Below the pieces are notes generated by a model, which saw only the letters and a program-made list of their open reading frames with translations, was not told the origin of the DNA and did not search any database. The translations under genes were made by a program, and so were the position numbers. This document shows positions 42,260 through 54,300 of a DNA stretch of 64,000 nt, in pieces. The first letter of the stretch is position 1; every line of letters begins with the position of its first letter. Source of the DNA: Chrysomallon squamiferum (lineage: Eukaryota > Animalia > Mollusca); contig CM022665.1 in NCBI GenBank assembly GCA_012295275.1, positions 14,508,001 through 14,572,000 of the forward strand, read 5' to 3'.

Positions 42260-43534
42260 TTGGTTCTTGTTGTCAAATGAAGATGTATTCAATACCAATT
42301 AAAAGAAAACCGATACCAAATGTAAAAATAAAAAACTTTTTGAAGATACCAATAATAGTGTAAAAGATGGACATTTCAAAGTTTCCAAGAATCCATTTTC
42401 TCTGTATCGGTATTTTGACGTTGTTTATTTTTTTTTAAATTATATTTATTTATTTTTGTTCTTTGTTTGTTTGTTGTTGGTTTTTTTGTGTTTTGTTTAT
42501 TTCTTTGTGTTTTTTTTTTTTTTTTTTAAATCAACCTTAAGTCACCAAAAACTTATTATCAAATTTGCATTATCTATTCAATAAAATGCTCTTTTTATGA
42601 AGACCGTAATAAAGGTAGACATACTGAGTTTAAAATTATATTTCAGGCCTGTTTCAAGTGTTAGATAAACGAGATCATTCCTATGTAAGAGTTCGTGAAT
42701 AGGTAATTTTTCTGTTATTTTTATTTACTTCTAAGACGAAGATAGAGTTGTCGTTTCTGAAGGGTTAGTTTTCAAGAATCAGGTACTATCGCTTCACTTC
42801 AAATGGTTATTAAACAATAAATACGGGGGTTATTTGTAAAATACAAGGCAGAATCTGAAAGAAGATAGGTCATAAGTGTTCCATTTAAACAATCTATTCA
42901 GCGTAATCGACCGTTTTTGTTTATTACAATTTTCTTTGTTCTAATATTCAGTTGTCGTTTTTACCTATTTGAAGTATTTCGCTTTGTTTTCGGATTTTCA
43001 GTTGCATCTTTTATCATTCTACTTTAAAACATACAGTAAATCGGCTTAACATTTTTAGGTTGGGAATTCGCTAATGCTGAAAAAAGAAAAACAAGGAGCT
43101 AGCACCCCTAGCGGCCGTTAGCATTGCTATACATTGTTGTTGTCGATGTTTTACTCAAACAAGTTTCATTATGCTTCCCTAAAGTGCTTATAACGATTTC
43201 ATTTCGTTTTCTTCTTCTTTTTTTTAAAAATTCTATTTTGATAACATCACTGTTTTGCTAAACCGTATACACTGCCTGCTAAATTTTTTTTTTTTTTTTT
43301 TTTTTTTTTCCATTTCTCGATACCGCAGAAGCAGAAGCAGAATGTGACCGTAAAAATACACACCCTAATTTACATTTAGGAAACAAAAACTTACCATTAC
43401 AAAATCTTCTCAGTCTCAAAGTATTTCTTTACTGTTCTGGTCATTTTATCTACAAACAGCTGGAAAGTCGTAAATTATAGCCAGTTTTCTAAATTATACT
43501 TTGTTATTGAATATTAGAATATATATAGTGTATA

Positions 43535-43720
43535 CAGTGGTACCTTGACTTACGAGTTTAATTTGTTCCGTGACCGAGCTTGTATCTCAATTTGCTCCTA
43601 TATCAAATCAGTTTTCCCAACTGAAATTAATTGAAATACCATTAATCTGTTCTAGGCCCCCCACCAAAAACCACCTCATTTTTTTTTTGTAACGTATTTT
43701 TAAATAACCAAAAAAACAAC
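43535..43720 (+). mobile_element. Left end of a Tigger/pogo-type DNA transposon
   Basis: TA|CAGTGGTACCTTGACTTACGAGTTTAATTTGTTCCGTGACCGAG..., a characteristic pogo/Tigger terminus after TA. No matching right TIR found. Confidence 0.65.
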
Positions 43721-45030
43721 TTAATTCCTTGGGGTGGGGCAGAGATAATCTTGCACCTTAGATCAACATTTTGACAGCTGTGTTTTTATTGAACATTTTT
43801 CTATGAGTTGATCTGCTCATACAAATATAAAAAGGTTATATAAACATTCTAAGTTCACTTTCAGCAATATAGATAGAGACCAGACATATGGCATTTTGGC
43901 AGAATTCTTTGCATCTCTAGTTGGACAGTAATTTATTCTGCTTTTTGGGGTCTCACTAAAGAAAATTCATATAAATTATCACAGATACATTTAAAAAATG
44001 ACAAATGAAAGCTATAACAGCCATTAAAATGTGAAATAGCTAGTTTTGTGCTGGATTTATATAGACATATAAATAAATGCTAAAATTATGATACATTTTG
44101 TTTATTATTGTTATTATTGAATTTTTATTATTATTATTATTTGGTGTTTTTTTTGTAATACACTCTCAATACAATTATATGGTAACCTAGCTATAAATTC
44201 ATGTTCTCAGTTTTGAAAAACTGGACATGGCTATTCTGCTAATTCATATTAAATAAGGAACAAATCTTATACATGCAACACATTACTTTATTTACATAGA
44301 TGTAACAGTTAAAAACAGATTCCTCTGTACAAAAAAGAAAAAGAAAAAAAAGCTTCTTTTACAATTTAATTTTTAGCCTTTTATAAAAATAATTTTTATT
44401 TACATTGTTGATTATTGCATAATATGTGAACTTTGAAATGATACAGCCTTTGTTTAAAAACAAGGTACTTACATGCAGTTTACCAGTATATATATATACT
44501 AATACAATATATACAACTGGCAACCCTTACAAGATTTGTGGTTTTATTATAATAATAATAATATTAATAGTTTTAATGTTATTTTACTACTGCTAAAACA
44601 TTAACTGATTATGAATGTTTTTATATTTCAAGTAAAAACAGGCAACCGTCAGCATTTGATTTTAGATTTATTTATTTTTTGTAAAATACTGAACTCTTTA
44701 AAAGTTTTAAAATTTAACAGTTCACATCACAGAATAATAATGTAAATTGTTTACAGTCTATATATATACATTATTCATTTAATTTACAAAAAAGCTGAAA
44801 ACACCATCGTGGTGGATATTAATTTCAATTTTTGTATATATAATGTATATAAATATATTTATTTTTTTAAATTTAAAAAAAAAAAATTGTAATAGGTAAA
44901 ATTTAAATTTTCTCACTTTCCTTATTACTTTCACAAAGTATTGAGATCAAGAAAAAAAAAAACAACATTTATGGCATAGACAATGGCAGCTGCAATATTA
45001 AACATAATTCTCTGCAATGTGGTGTATACA

Positions 45031-48000
45031 TCATATTAAACTAACAGAGGTAGTTGCTGTCTTTACATTTTGTTTCAGTTTTGATCTGGCAAAGCCATGC
45101 TTTTTTATCTGAAAGAAAAAATAGATACAATAACAAGAGAAACAACAGCAATAATAACAATAAAATCGTAATAATAATAGTAGTAGTAGTAGCATTAATA
45201 ATAATAATAACGGTAATAGTAATAATAGTAGTAGTATAGTAATAATAATAATAATAAAAGTTAAAAGAAAGAAATTAATATAAAATACATATCAAGAAGA
45301 AGACAAAATAACACATTCCATAATTTAATATAAATTAATTGCAAGTAAATCTAATAATTGACCTCTGGAAGAGCAATGACAACCATAACAGTAGGTAAAA
45401 ACACAAGAAGCTGAATAATAATAATAATAAACTGAAAACATTCTTAAATGTCAGAATATTTTAATATAGTGAAATGAAGAAATAGTCTAAATATATTCAG
45501 CAACTTCCAAGTTACCTTTTTTTTTCACCATTATTTATTTATTTATTGCTGTCCATTCATTATTAATACAGAAATATAATACCAAAAGCATGCAGTTTAA
45601 AAAATATTGGTTAAAGTTTGTTTTAGTGTTGTCAGAAGAAAAACATACAGCTTTCAATCTGCCACATATGCTATGACTAGTTGACAAGGGGTGAAAAACC
45701 AGTATTCAAATGTCTTTTTAACAATAATATTTTATTATTATAAGAGATGATAGGTCAACCAAAATGGTAAAATAATCACTTGAAAGTATAAAGAATTTTA
45801 TTAAACCATTAATTTGTATTGCATATATACACTTAAACAGATTAACCGTAAATGATGTCAAACATGATTCTTTAGATTAAAACAGAAAAATATGACAACA
45901 CTGTACCTTAGGTACAATTAAAAGGCATTGTGTTATTAAGGTTCCTATGATTATAATGGAAGATTTGATGCAGAAATGGACATTAACATTTTCGTTCATT
46001 AAGTATACGACAGCCAGTCCTAACAGAGACATGGAGAGGACATTGTAGATGCAGAGTCCAATAATCTGAGAATTGACTCGTTCATCTATCAACAACTGAA
46101 AATAGAAAATAATAATCACTGATAAATAAGCTGTACACTAATGTATATGTGCATGCATATACACAGACACATATAAAAAATGAACTGAACATACATACAA
46201 AAAGAGGCTGGTAAATACATATGCATATACTAAATAGGGTATCAGCACAATTTAAACAAATATTCTTTAAAACTGTATTCTTGAACCTTACCAAAATGAT
46301 AATATTACTGTTTTAAATTCAAAAAGTGACATTTAAGAAGGAAAACAAGAAGAAAAAGGTAAAACTGTCACTGATATAACTTGTATTTAAAATAGATCTG
46401 GTATTTCCATTTCATTCCATAGACAGGATAGCATGTACCATAGTCTTTATTACCCCAGTTGTGTATCATTCATTCTATCACTGATCCATGTCTGGTGTAA
46501 CAAAGGCTGTGGTAAGTACTATCTTGTCTTTTTGAGTGATGCATTTAAAACATCCCTTGCTGGTAACCAGAAAAAAGTAGCTCATGAAGTACTAGCAGCA
46601 AGTTTTCTCAACTATCATCTGAACTGTCCTAAACCATTGTCTAAAGCCAAATAAATGCAAATAAAATGTGTTGAAAGTATTATTAAACAGAACATTTCCT
46701 TCCTTCTTTCATCATCATACCTGAGTCCATAATTATGCAAAATTTATTTATGGGAGTTATACTGAAAATAAGGCTGTGTGATAATTAGACATTTTTATTT
46801 TTTATTTTTTATTTTTTCCTTATAAACAAAGAAACATAATTATATGTCTTGTGGTATGGGTTACTAGTGCACACTAATACATCAACTCTAGTCATAGGTC
46901 AGTCACAATTTATCACAGTCACTAACTACTACTGGTACAAGCAATAAAAAAAAATGTGTGTATTGTGTGTGCATATGTGTGCTTATGTCTGTGTCTGCAT
47001 GCATAATTATAAAGGAACAAATAAAAGAAAGAAAAAACTACCTACTCTTTTTGTTTGGATTGCAATGAAAGTGCCCATCAGCAGTAATGAAGCATTTACA
47101 GCAACCAACAACAAATGGAAATAATAACTGAGTGGAGAATCACACTTCTTTGCAAGTCTCATTGTTTTCTGTGGAGAGAATAAGCAAACTGAACAGCTAT
47201 TATAACAGTAACTTAGGAAATAAGAATAAAAGTTATTACCAATAATTAAAAAATAATATATAAATATAAAAATAAAAAATAAATCAATAATAATAATAAT
47301 AGTATAAATAAATAAATAAATCAATAAATTGTACCAACAATAGGGAAATTTATTTAAATACCTATTTAGCTTACAGTCAATATTTTCCTCTGAAAAAAAT
47401 TGTTCTGTTCAATAATTTAAATAATAAGATTTCATATATCTTTTTCTTTCTTTTTTTTTTTTTTTTTTTTTTTGTGATACTATTTTGTATTGTTCTTCTT
47501 TATATACTTTGTGAAAAGAAATGCAAATCCAACATAATTCACAGGATATCATCCTACATCAACAATGTTAACTGTTTCACTATACAACAAATTTCTGTAT
47601 TATTTAAAAAAAAAACTTTTTCTAGTGTTCATATCAACACGTTTTGTATAACCTAAACATCATTTTAGGGTATGATTAAAAATTAAAAAAAATATGTTTT
47701 TATCTTGCTATCAAAAGACACACACACATCTGGTATTGTCAAAGTAATCATAATGGTGATTATTTTTAAAAGGTATGGAACATATTTCGTTAGAATTTTA
47801 AAAACTCTAAAATAAGTGGAGATTTATTTAAACATTCCAAAGTCAGCTTTGTTTGAAATTTTCATCAAAATCATGTTCTTAAGAGACATGTGGACTTCAC
47901 TTAATGAGATATATTGTAAATGAGACAAAGTCATTTTAATGTGGCCTAGTTCAGCATTAAGTTATGACACGTATACACAGAGCAAAATTTAGATTACAAG

Positions 48001-48322
48001 TGTTGTCTTACCTCTTGCTTGAAATCATTATCTGATTTCAGAAGTTCTTTTGTTTGCCTCACAACTTTCAGTGGATCAATTGTATACCACAGTGTAACAA
48101 TGCTAACATTAACAATTAGCAGTATGCCAACCATATATATGTAGTATATATCTTGGGTGTCCTGAAGAAATAAATTATAAAAATAACAGAAATGTTTTAT
48201 GTTACAGACATCTTGGTATGTTTTATCTATTACACATCTGTGGTGTAAAGTTCTGATATAAAAATATGATTGTTCAAAATTATAACTTTTTAATTAAAGT
48301 GGTTTATGCTGGAAACCCTCTG

Positions 48323-48377
<55 letters not shown>

Positions 48378-51300
48378 TTGAGAAAGATAGAGAAGACATT
48401 CATTTATCTTAAAAGCACACTTTATCTGATTTTATTTCTTTGTCTCGGTTTTTCAGTTTTCTATATACACGCCATTCCATTGCCAAAAGTGATCCCACTG
48501 TGAGTGAATAGCCAATAATAAAAACCATTAACTGTGCCTGAAATGTTAAATAGAAATTATTTTTGTGATACATTAAAATTTCATTGCTTATTTCAAAAAG
48601 TAAGAAATCAAAACAAACCAAATATAACAATGTTTTAGTTATTAAAATTATTAGCAGAAAACATGTGCTCATCTTGCTGATATGTTATGACAAAAGAGTG
48701 TATATGATGATGAAGATTATGAGAATGAATGTGAGAATAAATACAAGAAAAGAAAGAAAGAATAAACATATGAAAGCATAAAATCAAAAATAAAATAGAA
48801 TTCATAAAGAAAAAATATTCATAATAAAAAGAACAAATTCAAAAGTTTTAGAAAAAAATACCTTTAAAAAAAGAATACAAAATGAAGATTATAAAACAGT
48901 GAGAGAGAGAGGTGCATGTTGACAAAACAAAATGGTTGAACTATAATGACAGTAAACAGCTCACTTCACACAGCATCACATTTGTCACTGGTCCTAAATC
49001 AACCAGTAACACTGATGTGTATATCAAAAGGCCACCCATTAAAACAATGAAAGTGAGATGATAGGATGCAACATTATTTCTGGAAAAGAAGATAATGTTT
49101 AAATTATTATAGAATGAAAATAAATGTTTAATGACATCTCAACATATTTTGTTATAGAACACTTTAACTTAATTCAATGTAAAATTATTTCATATCAATG
49201 GTTAGTTAATACACATTTTTTTATTTTAATGCAATAAAATCACTGATTTCTCTATTTTTCTCCTTGTTTCACCTTTTTTAATTACATTTTTAATTAACTT
49301 TAACTGATGTGCAAAATTCTCTTTCACTATCTGTATTTTCTATTTTACTGTAACCAACTCATTTTAATGTAACATACATCTCTCTCTTTCACACAGACAA
49401 ATACACACACACTGACACACATACTTGCACATGTACAGACACACACACACTCAAACACTCTGCCATCATTACCGGTATTTTTTCCTCTTAATGTATGTGA
49501 ACAGGAGGAAGAAGAATGTCATGAAGTCAGCTAGTGAAACTGCAGTACATGTGATGTAGTACAGGATTGGTGACAGAGTCATTTCATTCCTTATTTCATT
49601 ATCTGCTGGAATCTTGCCATCTGGTGAAAACAGACATCTAGATACATATAATTGCCAGACTAGGTATGGTTAAAATGGACATGAGAGAGAGAGAGAAAGA
49701 TAGTTAGTTAGTTAGTTTTAGAATGTTCCTTAATTACAGATATTCAACCTTTTTTGGAACAACCCAAGCTGCAGAGGTAGCAAAATGAAAGTTAAAGAAA
49801 GAATAAATATAATTCCATAATTCAATATTTCCTAAATTTGATGTATAGGGTCATAATTTATTTTCTCAAAGAATTTCAAAAGAAAGAAAACAAACATGTT
49901 CAGTGTGATCAAATACAAAAATGCACTAAATTAAGATTCCATTAAATTACCTTCCCATATATATTTTTCTATCTCTTTAAAATTCCAAGTAATTATATTT
50001 TCATCAGTTTCTGAATGCAGCCATCCAACCAAGAGCGAAATGTTTTCTTTATAGTCAAAGGAGTAAAGAAAATAAGAAAAAAAAGAATATCATATATGTA
50101 AAAAATACTTTTATGAATGATGAAAGGAATTGTAGTATTATAATAATAATAATAATAATAATAATACAAATAATAATGATGATGATTATAACATTGCTTT
50201 GATCTGTCTGATTATGTTAATAAATTGGGATTTGGCAAATGCCTTAAATTAATTTGCTTATGACAGTGTGTTTGTCTGAAATTCTTGGAATGTGCTAATC
50301 TGAAATTCTCTGTATGCGATAGTCTGAATTCTCTGAATATGTTAGTATGAAATTTCCTGTATATGTCAATATGAAATTCTCTGTATGTGATAGTCTGAAT
50401 TCTCTGAATATCTAAGTATGAAATTTCCTGTATATATTAATCTGAAATTTTATGCATGTGATATTTTTTGAATGGCTTAGTTTGAAATTCTCTGAATGTG
50501 TTTTTCTGAAATTTTGTATCAAAATGTATTTTGCTGAATACTTGATACAAGAAACAAGGAGTTACTGTTACAGTACAGTTCATCAGTCTTTGAAATTAAT
50601 TACATCGGAGTCATTTACATAATTTAATTAATTAAAATGTTAGACTGATTTTGACCTTTCATTTACAAACTGTACTAAAAAAAAAAATTAATAATTATAA
50701 TTAAAAAGAAATGATTCTGAAAACAGTTTTTTCTTCTTTTTTAGTCACCTAATACCTTTAGATTAGTCTAGCTGTGTCATTTCCCAGGTATAGAAAATAA
50801 AAAATAATTAAGAAAGTTTTTTTTTTTTTTTTTTTTTAAATAATTATCTGTTACCTTTAGATACTTTTGCCTTATCATTTGCCAGTTGTAAAAAGTTTTA
50901 AATATTTATAATGAAATTGTTTTTCACATCATAGTTATAGACCTTTATCAACCATTCTGATATGTTAAAGAGTCAACTTCAAAAAAAAAAAAAAAAAAAA
51001 AAAAACAACAATAATAATAATAAAGAAATAAAAAATAAAAACAAAGTTTTGCTCAAAGGCAGAGAAATAATGTATCTCTTTTTTTTCCTCTTGTGACAAG
51101 ATTCAGTTGAAGATGTATATCTAGTCTGTAATTTTATTCACTTAAAGTCAACTGTTATCTTTAATAATTATGATTATCACTGAACCAAGATTTCCTTCAG
51201 TCCCTTACAATATTAAACAAAAAAAAAAAAAAAAAGAGAAAAAGTTGTAAACAAGATTAAATATTAAATATAAATCATGCAGTATACTGATATATTTGTT

Positions 51301-54300
51301 TTTTGTTATTAAAGTAAAACTGAACATACGTTTCCTTACAAATATTCCTATTTTGACATTTCTAATGCGACCATGTTTGAAACGTACACGGGCATGCGTG
51401 CCTAAAAAGTCTGTTTTATATGTGTTATTTAATAACAACTGTCCCATCAAGTCATCACGGTAATCAAAATCTTCAATTGTTTTGTTGCTTCCTGTTAAAA
51501 AATAAGAAGTACTAAGCAACTGAAATATATCTTAGATAATAGATACAAATATTATAATAACAAAACACACACACACATATATATATATATATCTATATAT
51601 AGATATAGATATATATATCTATAAAGACATTAATCCATTCATTAAACTAAACTAAAATTAAAAACAGGAAAGATGTAAACACACCTGTTTGTAACAAATC
51701 ATTGATGGTTTTATTGATGGCCAGGGCTGCTACCCAAACAGCATCATATGCTTTAAGTCTGTATGATAAACGGACAGAGCTTCTTTTTCTCTCAATTTGT
51801 TTTATGATTTCACTTCTTTTGTAACCAGACACAGTAGATGCATCTTCAGGCACAATCACATTCACCATAAAATATCCCTTCGAAGCTACCTCTACCTCTT
51901 CATGACTACAGTTATGGACAATACTTTCAGAAAGCGGTGGATCCTTCATTGCCCAGCCATTGAAAAGCCACACAATGTCTGGCCCATAAAAGTTTGCCTG
52001 GTAAATCTGGTAATGAAAAGTAATTAATTTTGTTGTATTCATTTATTTTTCAGTTTATCGACAAGTGGTGGATTTTTCTCTTTATCTAAGAATTATTATT
52101 ATTATTATTATTATTGTTTTTTCAGTTTATCTAAAAGTGGAAATGGTAGACTTTTCCTCTTTAGGAATGTTTATGGATGATGGATATTGTATTGACTGCT
52201 CATCTGTTTTAAAACATCTATAACTGCTTCTTTTCATCCATGATTGCTTGTGCTATCTATCCCATTTCGTAAAGCACCATACCCATTTTGCTTCTCATTT
52301 TGTAGAGATGTGTTCCAAGTTCATGAAATTAATTTCACTATATATACAGATCATAGTAATAATTAGCCATTTGATAAACCTATTTATAATAATAAAGTTT
52401 ATTATCTGCAATTGAAAAAGTAAGTTTAATTTTATCAAGTGGACCATATTTATGCTTGTACTGTACTGTTGAAGGAAAGGAAAATTGCAGACATAGTTTT
52501 AGTGTAAAACCAAAGGATGCAATGTCACATAAAAACAAGCAAATAGCTTTGGAAAGGAATTCAAAAAAATTATATACGCCCATGACAAGGTGTAAAAGGA
52601 AAAAAGTCACTTTTAAAAATGTATTATTATTATTATTGTTATTATTATAGTACATCGGAGCATTAGGGTCTGCAGTACTGTGGGAGACTGATTTACTCAG
52701 AATAATGGTTTATACTTTGTGGTATGACCTATATACATCTTGTGTATTTGAATGTGATTGTGTTATAAATCCCTGCAATAAAACTTTAGTGTTTTTCCCT
52801 TTGTAGTCAGAGGATTTTGTACAAAGAAATTCTTTACAGTTTACTCAAATATTTATAAAATATTTTAGTGTATAAATATTTTGATGATATCAAAAAAAAA
52901 AAAAAAAAAAAAAAATGAGCTTCAGTGCATTTTTTTTTATAAAAAGGCTATTTTAGTACTATGGAAGTCATAGTACTACAGGGAGGTCAGGATAGCAGAA
53001 ATCCACAAAATCATTGTCTGCCTCCTGATTGAGCTTCAGAACATCAGGACCAATAAAGGAAACACAAATGATGAAGCCAATCTGGAGCAGACAGTAGCCC
53101 AGATAATTGAAGACAGCTTGGGCTTCAACATCGACACACACGACAAAAGACTAAAACTACACAAAGACAGGAGAAATCCTACAAACACAAAACAGTGAAC
53201 AAAAACAAAACAAAACAAAACAGTAACAACCATTTACAAACTCTTCACGCCAAGAACACAGGTCTCTCCGTCCTTCAATGGAACGCCAAAGGCCTTCACT
53301 CAACAGGCCACGGAGATGAACTACTACACTTCCTGGCCTCCACTACAAACACACCGGACGTAATATGCATTCAAGAAACATGGCTGAGACATTACAACAA
53401 AAACAACAAAACAACAAAAACCTTTACGGTCCCCGGGTACCAAAGTCATTACGTCAACAGATACAACAGCACCCGGGGAGGCATCATGACTCTCGTCAAA
53501 CAAGACATTCCACACACCAAGCTGAAACAAGCCAAAGTTCACGCGAACATAGAAATACTCAGCATCACAATACACAACAACAATCAAAACATCGACATCA
53601 TTAACGTACACAGCCCACCCACTCCCGCACTACACACCATTCAAACCCCGGATTTAAACAAAATGATCACAACAAAGAACAAGGTCATTATAGTGGGCGA
53701 TTTCAACTGTCACAACACCCTATGGGGTGGCTCGACAGACGACAGCCCTGGAATCGTCCTCGAAGATTTCCTGGAACAAAACCAGCTGGTCTGTTTGAAC
53801 GACGGAACATTCACATACACTAGCGACATCAATGGGGGCCAAACCGCCATTGATGTAACTTTCACAAGCAAGGACATCGCAGCACTCTCCGAATGGCAAG
53901 TGCTCGATGAGCTAAACAGCGACCACCACCCGATACTCACCAACTACAACAGCAAGAACACCTTCTCGGACAGATCCATCTTCACACCGAAATGGAACTT
54001 CAACAAAGCAGACTGGGAAGGCTTCTACAAAGCATGCAGAAACATCAACACGCAGAACCCCAACGACATCGACGCCTACTGCGCATCACTCACCAACACG
54101 ATACACTCCATTGCAATCAAATACATACCGAAAACCAGAAAATGCACCGGCAAAATATCCACTCCCTGGTGGACGGAACGTATAGAAAACAAATGCAAGG
54201 AGAGAAACAAATACAGAAGACAATATAAAAAAGACAGAAATCATTCTACGCACGAAAAATATAAAATATCAAAAAAAGAAGTTTCCAACCTAATACTCAC

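Noticed and set aside
41609-42280. 223-aa ORF
   Set aside because: Low-complexity ends, no domain motif, includes a local 49-bp duplication and (ATT)n; a chance ORF.
41810-43380. hAT-like transposon remnants in the CpG-rich intergenic zone
   Set aside because: Only scattered motifs (GATACC/GTATCGGTAT, GCAGAA repeats); no paired TIRs or TSD found.
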